The translations under genes were made by a program, and so were the position numbers. From positions 628,848 to 692,847 of the forward strand of contig NW_004797584.1 of the NCBI RefSeq assembly GCF_000002075.1: a DNA stretch of 64,000 bases, read 5' to 3'. The stretch comes from Aplysia californica (lineage: Eukaryota). Positions 36,401 to 48,084 of the stretch are shown here, one piece after another; position 1 is the stretch's first letter, and every line of letters starts with the position of its first letter. The notes beneath the pieces are model-generated. The model was not told where the DNA came from. It did no database searches and was given only the letters and a program-made list of their open reading frames with translations.

Positions 36401-38638
36401 TTTTGTTTGTTTTGGTGTGCTTTTCTTTTTTCTTTTTTTCTTTTTCACATTTTGCTTTTTGTGAACGTTTTGAATTTGGGATTTTTCCTTTACAACTTTT
36501 GTCTATTATGTTATTCCTGTCACATATATGTGTAAAGGAAAACACTATTCCCAGAAACCTCTTGGAATAGGCCAGAATTGTTCCCAGTGTCACTGGGAAT
36601 GGGCCAAGAAACTATTCCCAGTGACACAGAGAACAGACAGGCCCATTAGATCTATTGTTCCCACACTGATCTACATGGGCATGTTGATGATGGGTTACTA
36701 AATTACATATACTAGACTAGATCTAAACTAAAGTAGATTCTGGTGTGAGAGGAAGAATTTTTAAAAAAGAAAGGAATGATTATTCTAATCTATTCTTGGT
36801 TGTTATTCAGTCGTAATTTAGATGTACATGTAGGCCTAGCCTAGATCAAGATCTAATACGGATTTTGGAGACCATGGTACAGGACAGGTGGAAATCCTTC
36901 CCGATTTTTTCTTCTAGATCTAGAGTCTAGATCTAAATCTACGATCAAGTCTATCCTAGTAAGAGAAGAGAACAAAAGTACTGAACTGAAGTGAAAAGAG
37001 TCTACAGTAGGCCTATACGTTAGAATAGAATCTCATCTAGAGATCTAGATCTTGACTCTAGGCCTAGAATCTTGATCTTTTGAAAAGCTACAAATTTCTC
37101 TTCAAACTCTTTGAAGGAGGAGAACTTCGTGCCCGCTGCCCACTTCCATCTTCATCGTAATTTTGTTTCGAAGTGAAAAGTGAAAATTCAAAGGCAAAGA
37201 CATTTGATTTTTTTAATGCAAAAGAGTTCCGTTGCCACTGGGAATCGTTTCTGTACCTATCCTCAGTGTCACTGGGAATAGTCACTTTGATCTGTAAAAT
37301 GCAACAATAAGACATTGTATGACAAGACAACCCTTGCTCTTTCCTTGATTCCAAAGGTACTGACCATGTCTCTCCTTTGTAGCATATCATCAAATAAGTC
37401 AAGATGTGGAAGGTGTTCGCCTCTCATTCAATAGGTCCCGGGTTCGAATTTCCGAATAGCGGCGGAAATTATTTTTCTCTAAAATTGTATCCTTTTACAT
37501 CCTTTCCTGCTCTGTAACAATGTTCTGTCGTCTGCTTTTGCCTCCCTTTTCTGCCCCCATCTGCTCATCACCTTTGCCTTCTCTGGGCTCCTGACTCTTT
37601 CCGCAGCCTTTCTACTGCTGCTCTTTGGCTCCTTCTTTCTGCTGTCTTTCAGCCACACCCCTGATCTTTTGGTTCGTAAGATCTACACCTAGCCTTCTTG
37701 GCTAAAGGCAAAAATTCTTGGAGGTCTCGTGTGCAAGTTGCGCACGTTAGAGAACCCATGATGGTCCAAAATTGATAAGAGTAGGCTACGGTCGCCACTC
37801 AGGCAAAAGTTCAAAATTTCCTACCTACTGGAAATGTTTAATGTGTCCCACGCGCTCATATGACCTTATGTAGTTGCGAGGGCCGTAAGACTTTTACCAA
37901 AAACAAAAAAAGATGTGGAGTGGGGGGGAGTAGTACTTGGGCAGTCTACTTCCTTTACTCTCTGTCTACTTCCCAGACAAAGCTATATGATACATACGGC
38001 TTCAATCATCTCCGATATCCATGGACAGCCTAAGATTTTATCGTTCCTGTTGTTCTGATTCTATCTGTCTGTCATTTTCCTCATCCTATTTTTGTGCTCT
38101 CTACCCATATCTCTGGGTCTTTCTTATCGTGTTCCAGTGTGGCCCGGAACTTTCTGAAGCGACTGTGGGTCAGTTTGAAGAGCTCGCAGATCGCTTGGGC
38201 ATTCCGAAAGAAGAAATTCTTCCTCCTTCCGATGCAGACTCCCCCGCTGGAGATGTAAAAAGCTGCCATGGTGCAGCGGAAAATGCTCAGGCTGTGCCTT
38301 CTAAGACTGCATCCACCTCCTCTGCCACAGAATCGACGGAAAGTTCAGATGCAAGCAGTAAGTGGTTTTTTAGCATGTTCATTTTTACATTGTATACATT
38401 TACATGATGTATGCTTAGACTAGAATGCTCTGTTTGGAGACCCCTTGTTTTTCTCTCCTCTTCCTTTGTTTATTTTACGATTTGTTCCACGGTGTTGTGG
38501 AATCGGGCACTGGTCAATTTTGGGGCAAATAGGGTTATTGGTGTCATCTTACAGCCTATTCATTTGCCTTGCTTTTGATGAATAAAATATTCATCTATGT
38601 TGAATAGATCTTCCTGTCTCTCTCTTTTTTATCCCTCG

Positions 38639-38706
<68 letters not shown>

Positions 38707-41700
38707 GACGGTTCTGATTGCTTATGAATTTGAACAATAATTCAATGGACAATTATCTGTACAAGATACATTTTCTTTTCTGAGTTCACCGATGTCTTGT
38801 CTGTTGTCAGAGGAAGAGCTGAGCCCAGAGCTATCGGCCTACGATCTAAGGGCAGACAACCCAGAGTTTGTGGAACTGACCAAGAAAGAGTTCATGTCTG
38901 TGTCGGAGCTGGTGCGGGGGCGTTCCAAGCTGGAGGAGGTTAATAAGGTACTTGTGCCGAGGGTCTCATGATTGGTTGTTCTGGTTCAGTTTTGTTCCTA
39001 ATAGATATAGGGCTATTCCACGGTTACTGATTTGTCCTGTCAGTTACCGAAACTAAACACGTCACAGTGGGTGGTTGGCGGGTGCTCTGGTGTGGTTTGC
39101 GCCTTCTTTCCTATTTAACATCTTTCGTCATTATCTCCCCTTTTTCTTTTTTATGTTTGTGACTCTCTTGTAACTCCTCTAATCTTCTGGTGCTCATATG
39201 ACCTTATGCAGTTGCGAGCGCTGTAAAACCTCTACTAAAGCTAAAACACGTCAGAATTTTTTTTTAATGATTTCATTTAATATGATTCTTTATATGTTTT
39301 TCAAATGTTCTGATCCTTTTGAGTTGAACTAAATTAATTGATATTGAATTACAGTGTTATCATTCTAAGAAAGTATTGTCCAAATGTCTTGTCTTTTACC
39401 TTGGAATAGCCCCATATACGAAAATTTGTTTGAAAAGTTTCCCTATAGACACACATTATAGCATATCTTTAGTTTTAGTTTCAGTTTTAGTAAGAGTTAC
39501 AGCATTTGCAACACAATAAGATCAAATAAATGCGGAAGATTTGAGGTGTTACAAGAGAGTAACAAACGAAAAAGAAAGAGGATAAATAAGGATGACAGAT
39601 GTTTGAAAAGCACTGCTGATGTTTGCACACTAGTGTCAATGTCTCTGTAGGCTGACGCGTGGCAGTAGGGCAACTCTTGGTTTGGTCAGGTTATAGAGAT
39701 GGGCTGGTTCGTTATTTCAGGCGTTAATAAGAAGGAAAAGACTTGTTGGGCAAGAAAATTGGTTAGTTATAGCCGTCATTTCTTTATCGTATGTTCTATA
39801 AATGCGTCAAAATATAAATGACACAAAGAGAGAAAAAAGCAGGGCAAAGTAATGGGTTCTTTATTTCCGTCAGTACTTTATAGATGTGCTCTACTGTGTG
39901 TACTGTAACATTTGTTGTTTTAGGAATAATGCGGATATCCTAGATGTACTTGTTGAAACTTTCTGCGAGTTCAGTGTTTCTGCTTGCTTTTTGTTCCCTG
40001 ACAGACTTTCCGATTGCTGTGGCAGCATTTCAAAGAAGAGGGCAACACGTAAGTTGAGAAATTTTTCCTGCTGTGTTATCTGAAGAAGTGACTGTTTTTT
40101 AACTAATAATCTTGACACAACGATCTGCATAAGACCTCTCTCAAAGATCACAATTCTGTGCCATCTTTCTAAATTCTTTTTCTTCCCTTTTTTTTTCTTT
40201 TTTTCCCCTCTAATTGCGAGGGGAATTTCACCAAGTTCGTCCTTGTTTCTTTATCTCTGCACAGCCTTTCTGACAAACAATAGGGTCATGTGCAGTAATG
40301 TCCTAATAATATTAATAATGAATAGCATTTGAATAGTGCCAATTCTCGCTCAACAGCAAGCTCTCTGCGCTTATTATAAGCCAAAAATGCATCCCTAACA
40401 GTCTGAAAAAACCTCAGTTTCAGCTTCACCTAGCCACCTCCATTGCTTCATTTAAACCAGCTTATCTTTGGTGATGAGTGAAAAGCCATTGCAGAAGAGG
40501 AGAGACAGAACTAGCAGTGTGAGCATAGAGAATTTATTAAGTTTTTATGAAAATTTAGTAAGACCCGTGTAAAAAACGGGAGGTTTTGACATCAATATCA
40601 TGTTGAAGTAAGATAATATGGAAATAAACGTGTTTGTCACACCAGTGCGTCGGAACTATGTTTCCTTGCGCATTCAGCTAAGTTTTAACTGATGCACGCA
40701 GTTCAGCCAAGTGCCAGGCTGTATTTTCTGTTATTAATTATGTGTTTATATGATGTTATAATGACGTTATATAGGTGTACACGCTATGTGGGATTATCAC
40801 TTGCCTGGATAAGGCTTAATGATTTACAATTTTTTTAAAATAAAATTTTTTAATTGGAGACACACTGGTGTAACGATGGTTTTGCTAAAGATGTAGATAG
40901 GAGTGGTTCGAGTAGCATTTTTATTACCATCAAGAGCAGGTTCAGGTTAGAGGCGATACACTTTCATATTTTCCTTCGTTATTCTTCTCTCCCCTCCCCC
41001 CCTTATGTATGTCTTCACCGTGGCTACAGAGATGCTTTAACCCCCAAGGACATGAATGCCAAAGGCATGCGGGTGACCGGAGCCACTGGTGTGGCAAAGG
41101 TTAAGGTGAGTGAGACGAACTCTGTAGCAATTTTGTGTTAACTTCGTATTATTGGCTGGATTGATATTCTCTTTTGAGTCGTAAAAAATGGAATAAGTTA
41201 ATATGTGTACTATTATTACTGTTATTCATGCTTACATTGTAATTGAAAAGGCTTGCAGATGTGAGAAATTTGTTCTATACAGAGTTATATTTGTTAGTAA
41301 TTTTGTATCATTGTCTTTTTAAATCTAAGATTGCTTAGAAGCTTTTTTGAGGTTCTTATGTAAACATCAGCTCTATATGAGGCCAAGGAAAATGTGAAAA
41401 AAGAGCTTCTCAATTAGTGTTTGTAATCAAACATTGAGTTCTATAAACTTCATAGTGATGCGTTACAGCAATTTTATGATGTACAAGAGAAAATTGGGGA
41501 CCTCACAGTCCATTTGCTATGTGCATGCTAGACTGTATCTTTTTCTTTGATGTGGTTTTTTCTTCTTTTTTTTTTTCCTGTAAGAGTTTTACGGCGCTCG
41601 CAACTACATAATAATAATAATAGATAGCATTTGTATAGCGCATATCCCCGCTCAGCAGCAGGCTCTATGCGCTTTACACTATATTACATAAGGCCATATG

Positions 41701-41901
41701 AGCCCGTAATTTCGTTAATGTGTTAAGATGATGCCATGTATACACATTTTGCATCACAGAAGCTGGTGAAAGCACGCAGTCAATTTCTTCCAGTGTATAA
41801 CCTACGAAGAATCACTTATCATTTCTCCTTGTGTTCCACAGGTCCTGAGAGCACTGAAGTTGTGTAGCATCAGCAAGGAAGGAAACGTGAAGCTTCTGTA
41901 G
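33426..41901 (+). CDS. SKA2: Spindle and kinetochore-associated protein 2 (SKA2/FAM33A) with C-terminal SKA1-like domain, 9 coding exons, 280 aa
   Basis: join(33426..33476,34238..34321,35238..35333,36143..36217,38138..38357,38811..38947,40005..40048,41030..41105,41842..41901) = 843 nt, all GT-AG with consistent phases. N-terminus MEKAVDNLESMFNKAEADLNYLSRKLEFQ..NPVKLMRKL matches the SKA2 pattern (ME..VD.LE.MF.KA..DL.Y...LE....NPV.L). Confidence 0.9.
34238..34321 (+). CDS. SKA2: SKA2 coding exon 2 (FNKAEADLNYLSRKLEFQVENEKGLNAK)
   Basis: tttcag / gtttgt; SKA2 signature. Confidence 0.92.
34366..34763. mobile_element. MITE (~400 bp)
   Basis: TIR atatcga..gcaagaagtgacta..tatatccactttt / aaaagtggatatatagtcacttcttgc..tcgatat. 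Confidence 0.78.
35238..35333 (+). CDS. SKA2: SKA2 coding exon 3 (HNPVKLMRKLEGVKTEF...)
   Basis: gacag / gtatgt; NPV motif. Confidence 0.92.
35897..36083 (+). mobile_element. Short retroposon family B copy
   Basis: Near-TSD gaatcgaatt / gaatcaaatt. Confidence 0.85.
36143..36217 (+). CDS. SKA2: SKA2 coding exon 4 (EAVDFFRTQLLSLTQMLGKLETDTG)
   Basis: tttcag / gtaagt; phase 0-0; amphipathic helix. Confidence 0.88.
36540..37285. mobile_element. MITE-like element with repeated ttcccagtg/cactgggaa subterminal motifs
   Basis: actattcccag (~36544, ~36611) vs cactgggaatagt (~37270); palindrome ttcccagtgtcactgggaa at ~36581. Confidence 0.55.
37407..37910 (+). mobile_element. SINE family A, near full length
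   Basis: ctctcattcaataggtcccgggttcgaat head; tail gctcatatgaccttatgtagttgcgagggccgtaagac + A-rich end. Confidence 0.85.
38138..38357 (+). CDS. SKA2: SKA2 coding exon 5 (low-complexity Ser/Ala linker)
   Basis: ttccag / gtaagt; phase 0-1. Confidence 0.82.
38644..38706. repeat. (TC)n microsatellite
   Basis: Direct reading. Confidence 0.95.
38811..38947 (+). CDS. SKA2: SKA2 coding exon 6 (...FVELTKKEFMSVSELVRGRSKLEEVNK)
   Basis: gtcag / gtactt; phase 1-0. Confidence 0.85.
39010..39412. mobile_element. MITE containing a nested family B insertion
   Basis: gggctattcca.ggt / acc.tggaatagccc inverted ends in an atat context. Confidence 0.65.
39066..39243 (+). mobile_element. Family B copy with family-A-type tail, nested in a MITE
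   Basis: Flanking aaacacgtca repeat; tail gctcatatgaccttatgcagttgcgagcgctgtaaaacc. Confidence 0.8.
40005..40048 (+). CDS. SKA2: SKA2 coding exon 7 (TFRLLWQHFKEEGN)
   Basis: gacag / gtaagt; phase 0-2. Confidence 0.78.
41030..41105 (+). CDS. SKA2: SKA2 coding exon 8 (DALTPKDMNAKGMRVTGATGVAKVK)
   Basis: tacag / gtgagt; phase 2-0. Confidence 0.82.
41842..41901 (+). CDS. SKA2: SKA2 coding exon 9 (VLRALKLCSISKEGNVKLL*)
   Basis: ccacag acceptor; TAG stop. Confidence 0.82.
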   Translation, partial: VLRALKLCSISKEGNVKLL

Positions 41902-43327
41902 GATCGAGTTGACGAACTCGCTACTGCTGTTGTCCAGCCTGGAAGAAGACCTCATCTGACGGGTTCTCCCCTACCCTCCTTCCCTACTTCCCTTCCTTTC
42001 AATTCACTCAGCCAGGGTTGGCTCCGATATAACCCACTCAGCAGGACCTTTTTTAAAACTTTCCAAGGGGCTGTGGTTTGTGCTCCATCTCTTTGGATTT
42101 TTATTCCATATTTATTCCTTTAGGGAATGGGTAAGGGTGAGTGAATGTTTGTGTATGGGGGAGGGGAGTAGAGGAAGGAGGATGAGAAGGAGAATTTTGG
42201 AAATTGTCTTGAAAAATGACTGCCCTGGTAATGATAAAGATTGTTGATAATGGTGCTCCCAGAAATGTGTTTAGTTCCTTCAGTTGTTACAACCCGATGC
42301 AGTAAATGTTTTCACTTGTTTGTTTTTAAAAAATATTCGAGTTAAGTGCAATGCGTACAGCGTTGGAACTGGGGTGAGGGGGATTAATGTCGGTAATTTT
42401 TAAAGTTGTACGCCCTACTAGACTCCTAGTAGTAAATCTTTTTAGAATATTAGCATTTAATTTGTGAATCTGAACACCGAAATAATATGGCCCTGGCTTG
42501 GAATCTTGGACTTTCATGTGTTGGTCAAGTTTGGAACTGACTGTTTAACAGGTGTGAACATGATGTTCTGTTGGAATTTGGAGGTTTAGAGACCGTTGTG
42601 ATGGAGGTGCTCTTTTTCTTTTTGTTTCCCCCGCGTGTGTTCTGATTTTGGTGCCGATATTTATAGGTTACGTAAAAATGTGTTCAAATGGTGCAAATTG
42701 TTATATTTCAAGAAGCACAAAACAAGAAGAAAAGAACAAGAAAAAGTGGAAATGTTGAGTCGGAGATGATAATTATGTTTATAATGATTGTGACTAGATC
42801 ATGCTGCAATTCTGGAAATGATGTGCTTGTTTTTCTTAGTGTAAGTGATGGAGGTGTACAAAGTTACACGAGGCTCATTACTGATTACATGTCATTTTAT
42901 TGTACGTTTCCTTTTAACACTTTTGCCTATGGTGCACGCTATAATTTTAATCCAGCTGAGACCTTTTGTGTCCTGCGAGTATACCCTCAGACTCGCAGAT
43001 CTGAAGCTTTTTCTATAAGGTAGATCTGTGAAATGAAGGAATTTTTTTACCTTGAAACAGGTAAGGGCTGAGAAGTTGTATCCAAATATCAGTACTGGCA
43101 TGCCTATTGCAAGAAAACCTACCTCTGTCAAGGACAAAGTTCAATCAGTTAGTGTCATAAACGATTCATGCATCGTGTGCACAAGCCAGAAAAGTAGTGC
43201 TCGGAGAGCAGCTCTGATTAGAAGGGATTTGGTTTACAAGCTAGATCCATCTACAGTTATTGTTAAACCACTTACATTAAATGTGACTCCTTGTAATGCG
43301 ATGACTTCAGTTTTGTCATATGTTGTT

Positions 43328-43407
43328 CCCACTGAAGATCAGTACATGTGCCACGGTATATAACTTCTTGTTCTGTACTGTGGACATTTCTTTGTCTTAT
43401 TTGTATA
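43328..43407 (+). repeat. 80-bp direct repeat, left copy (abuts Helitron CTAG)
   Basis: 72/80 identical, ungapped, to 47523-47602. Confidence 0.9.
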
Positions 43408-46400
43408 CTAGCCTGCGTACCCGTTCTATGAGCGGAAAAATAATGTTTTTAAGACAAAAATTAAAGTTTGCGATGTAAATAAAAGTCTCAATACTGCAGT
43501 AATTTAAACAGTTATTTGTTTAAAACTGGATGGTTCTATTCTATACCTGAAAAAAAGAAAGAATTTTCAAAAGTGAAACTCACCTAACACTGATGTATAT
43601 TGTCCAAAACCTCTGGATATACAACATTCCTGGTTTGACTGTTGGGTGCCAAGATGTGAACAGCATCTTTATCTCCAGTTCGGGGCATGGCTACATACAA
43701 TATTCCATGTGAAAATACTGTGCATGTGAGATCTAGGCCAACTGTACGAAGAGACTGTCCCTGAGCTTTATTAATTGTGATGGCAAAGCATGGTTTGAGG
43801 GGAAATTGTTTTCGTTGGAATATAAAAGGTAATCCACTGTCGGTTGGTTGAAGTATAATTCGAGGAATCCAGTGTCTTTCATTCTTGTATAGTCCAGAAA
43901 AAATTTCAACCTCAACGGCGTTTGGCATGGTTTGTGTTTCAACACATCTTGTACCATTCATTAATTTTGGTGGGTTAAGAGAGAGGAGGATCATTACGAG
44001 CATACCGGTCTTTAATTTCAGAACATGGGGTGGAATGTTGGTCAGTTCAATGTAGTTCAGGAATTCCACTGGATAGTGGGTTGCATCGTCCTGGTTGAGT
44101 GCAGTATTTATAGACTGATAGACTTTGGGTGTAGACGACATCATGTCAATGAGTTTATTGTCTGCAAAATGGGGAAAAACTTGGTTGATGAGGTCTTCAA
44201 TAGAAGTAGAAACTTTTCCAAGTTCGAGAACACTGATTTTGTCTGGTTCAACAACTTCAGTTTCCAATCTCCAATAATAATTTGGAGAACGAGGCATCTT
44301 CAAAGTCACCATGTACGTGAACATGCATGTTTGTTGTGAGGTTCTGTGTTTTCACATCTGGCCACAAATAAGACTTTTTAATGCACGCGTTGACAATGTC
44401 GGCTCTTGTGCCAGATCTGACTTCTTGCAAAATCTGTTGAAAATCTCCACATAAGAGAACCGGACCGGAATGCCAGCCATTGTATCTGTTGTAGAGTTAA
44501 TATCTTGAAACATCCAGTCCTTAGCTTCAAAGACAGCCTTTCGTTGCTTCCACGTTTTCCTCTCTGATTCCCACGTAAAAAATAGAGGTACATCTGAGTA
44601 CTGTAGATTTACTGCAAAAGCATTCTCTTGGCAAAGGTTGAAAAAGGCTGTGTAAGAGTAGTTGATGGGGGGCCATTTGTTGCTCTCTCAAGTGCAGTTT
44701 GTGCATTGAAGTAAACACGCTGTCCATTTTCCAAATGAATAGCAAGCTGTATAAAACTTGGATGCCTCTCATGTACATTGTAGTGGGAATTTATATATCC
44801 TCCAAGTGCATATTTCAACATTGATATGACAGTTTAGTTGTCACAAAAGCCACGGGTTATATGGAAAAATCCTTTGATTGTCGACATCCTTTTGAGTTTG
44901 TTTCTCATTGACTGTTGAAATTATAGTTGCTGTTTTTCCACTGTCATCTGGACTCCTCCGTCTATACTTTGGGTAAGAGTCAACACTATGTTCTGTTTCC
45001 TTTATAAAGGGCTTTGGGAACGCTTTTGAACATTTCCCATTTTTCATGCAAACTGAAGAAGTGTTGTTTTCTCCACATGGACCATGGAACATATTGGAGG
45101 TCACTATTGAGTAGAGATTTGGATCACATGTTTTGTCTGGAATCTCAGAACAAACAACGTTGTCAATTGTACCGGGCATAATTTTGCTTTCCTTTGTCAG
45201 CCAGAGCAAAATATGTGAATGAGGGAGACCTCTTTTTGGGAATTCAATTGAATACAACCACGCCTGTAGTTTTCCAAAGGCACCTTGTTTCAAAAGATGC
45301 ACGAGGTTTTGCAATTTCAACTTGAAGACGCGCACTGTCAAATCTGGCCTGTCATGTGCTTGCTGTCCCGGTTAAAGATGTTCTTTTATTTCAGTCCATT
45401 TTGGATTTGTTGTCATAGTAATAAACAAATCTGGTCTTCCTTACAAACGAACGTATGTCATGGCATCCTGTTGTCTTTCAAACATACAACATGGTCCACC
45501 TGTGAACGTTGCTGGCAACACAACTTTCTGTCCTATATTTCTTAGATCACTGCCTGCTGAAAAAAAAAAAGCATCACGTAGCTCTCTGCAGTTGTCGGCT
45601 CTCAATGAACCCGGCTCTCGCCTGAGAAACAGTAATCTTTCACTTTAAATTTTTACATAGACATCCACAATGAATTGTTGAAGCAAATGCCTGGCTAAGA
45701 GATGATAGTATCCTTGTCTTTTGAAAAGATAGAATTTATAGAACTGCGGTTGGGTCACTTGTTTGTTCATTTTCACAGTTAGACTCCATCTGTCACTTCC
45801 TGTTGGGAATATTTAGGGATATTGCAGTGGATTGTATGCTGGGTGCAGTTCGCAGATTCGTTTTAAGCTGTTAGTTTTGTAGCAGATTAGAATATCACAA
45901 TGCCCAACTGTGGTTCATTTGGCATAAGAATAGCAACTTCTTTACAGGACGGTGCATTGTAACGTCTCTCGTGCTCACCGAGTGGTCTAGCATTTTTATG
46001 AATTGGTGTGTTGAAATTTTGAAGTCCATTTTGAGATGCATATATTGGTATGCAGCCTTTATTTCTTTGATGTATTTGTTGTGTGTTTGTAGACTGTCTT
46101 GTAACAGATTGATTACATTGCGTTTAAGACTGCAGTCATGTGTCATCGTCATTCTGGATTTTGTTTGGTCCTCCGAGTCTAAAAAATAAACCTGCAAAAA
46201 CTGTTCATTTTCATGTTCTGTTGGAAGTAATGAGCCAACCAAGTGATAAACCTGCCCTTGCACACGGAAATGAAAAATTATACATTTTGATGTTGCTTAA
46301 AAAATGCTCAGAGTTTGGGGAATTACCCATGAACAGATCTTTAATTTCTGGTGGCAGAGGTGGTATGGATCCAGTTTATGTTTCCCATTCCCACAGCAAA

Positions 46401-47520
46401 TACTATTTGTTTCTCCTTGAAACTTTGTAGGATTACAATGATTGCACACTTTTGTCATTTGTCCAATAGAGCAAGTATTGTCAAGATTTAGATCAGCATC
46501 ATTGTATGTAAAGGCTGGTGGATTTCTACTGAGCGTATCAGTATCGGGTTGATCTTCTTCTTCCTCTTCGTTTACTTCCTATACTTCTTCTCCCTCTGTA
46601 TTTTCAGTGTTCACCGCTGATCTATATCTAGATCTACTCTGCCTTTGTCTCTTAGCCACAGGTGTCATTTGTCCAATCGTTCGCCGTTTGGGTAGCATTG
46701 TGATTTTCTTCTCATCTAGATCTAGATAGGTCTAACATACACACATACCTGATATACTGTCTTCGTCTCCTAGCCACAGGGCCACAGCACAGCCTCTACA
46801 TTAAAATCTATCCCAGACTTAGCTACAGTACAGGTGCTAATCATAATCAGACCTGCCGTTTGGTGGCATAGTATCTCTAGCTCTAGACCTAGATCTATCA
46901 CAAAGATACATCTTCTAAGTCTTAACTACCGCAGAAAAGTGACTTCTGTAAGCGATCTGCAACATCTCTACTGTACTGTAGACGCCCAAAGAAGATTTGT
47001 TTATTTCCGGCAGAAGAGCAATTTTTATGCCATGGAAAACGAAATGTCTTGAACACTGCATTGAAATGACGAACAGGAAAATCGTAAACGGCCGATAGTG
47101 TTTTCTATTTTTCTTTTAAAAAATTTAGGTGAATGCAAGCACGGACTTACTGACTTGATAGAAACTTAGCTTGGTCTTTGAACTTCCTTCAGTAATTTTT
47201 TCATGGTTCTATGTTCCGTAGTTTTTTCAGCTATAGAAAACAACCATCCAAATGTACGCTATTATATATGGTCGCTTTTATGCACAAGGGGGCTATCCTG
47301 AAAAATGCTGTTTTGAGAAAATCGAAGGAAAAGTTTTTGCCCCTTGTTCAATTTCTTTAAAAGACAAGGAGAGTTTTCTCTATAACCAAACAAATATTCA
47401 CACTAACGAAACCAAACTTCTATTGGTAGGGCAATGCCCACTTTTGGTGTCAGTCAAAATTTTTGGAAACCCCCAAAATCTGAGTTAGCCTGCTTGTCCT
47501 TAAAAGCAACCTTATATATG
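43408..47520 (-). mobile_element. Helitron (rolling-circle transposon), decayed and internally deleted
   Basis: The minus-strand 3' end is a hairpin (ccgctc-ata-gaacgg, 43421-43435) + 9 nt + CTAG followed by host T. RepHel remnants lie inside. The AT-rich 5' end is near 47520, where the terminal TC is not preserved. Confidence 0.9.
43584..46698 (-). pseudogene. Helitron RepHel (HUH Rep + PIF1-like helicase) pseudogene
   Basis: Zn-finger-like CNHC...CC; QGQVYHLVGSLLP; QDAMTYVRL*GRPDLFITMTTNPKW; YSIEFPKRGLPHSHILLWL (HUH); PYNPWLL; helicase C-terminal LNPPKLMNGTR, QFPLKPCFAITINKAQGQSL, FSHGILYVA. Many stops and frameshifts; no Walker A segment seen. Confidence 0.92.
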
Positions 47521-47522
47521 TC

Positions 47523-47602
47523 CCCGCTGAAGATCATTACTTGTGCCACAGTATATAACTTTTTGTTCTGTACTGTGGGCATTTCTTTGGCTTCTTTGTA
47601 TA
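47523..47602 (+). repeat. 80-bp direct repeat, right copy
   Basis: 72/80 identical to 43328-43407. Confidence 0.9.
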
Positions 47603-48078
47603 TTATATTACTGTAGGCCTATTGTTCTGTTTTAACTTCTTTGTCTTCCATGTTGCAGGAAATGTGTTGAAATGATTGATAACCCTGTTTTCCCCATGTG
47701 ATCCTCGGGGATCATTATTATTTTATATTTTAATGTACTATTATATTAACATGTGTATGTTTATAACAGAGAGAGAGAGAGGGGGGGGGGGGGAATGCAT
47801 GCTTGTGTGTGTGTGTGTGTGTGCGTGCTTACCTGTGTGTGTGTGCTTGCTTGTACGTGTGTGTGTGCGTGCGTTTATGTGTGTGACATTAGCCTTGGAG
47901 CACCCCAGACTCCATTTTAAAACTTGCCTTTTTTGCTTCCTTTCAAGCAGTTTATTTGTTTTAGTTAGAGTTTTCCAGAACTTATTACGCGAATAGGTTT
48001 AAAAGTGCTGGGCAGTTTATTAAAATAATGAACTGTATGATGTATGTGAAATATGCTGCAATGTTTTGGCATTTATAA

Positions 48079-48084
48079 AATAAA
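48079..48084 (+). terminator. Candidate distal poly(A) signal of SKA2
   Basis: AATAAA followed about 25 nt later by a strong GT-rich tract (ttgtgtgtgtttgttttgatgttttg). Confidence 0.45.

Noticed and set aside
3752-41841. U12-type or non-canonical introns in the three genes
   Set aside because: All inferred introns are GT-AG without the GTATCC U12 donor consensus
43584-44324. Host PIF1 helicase gene
   Set aside because: Intronless, lacks N-terminal helicase motifs, and is collinear with broken HUH Rep fragments and Helitron termini, so it is a transposon pseudogene
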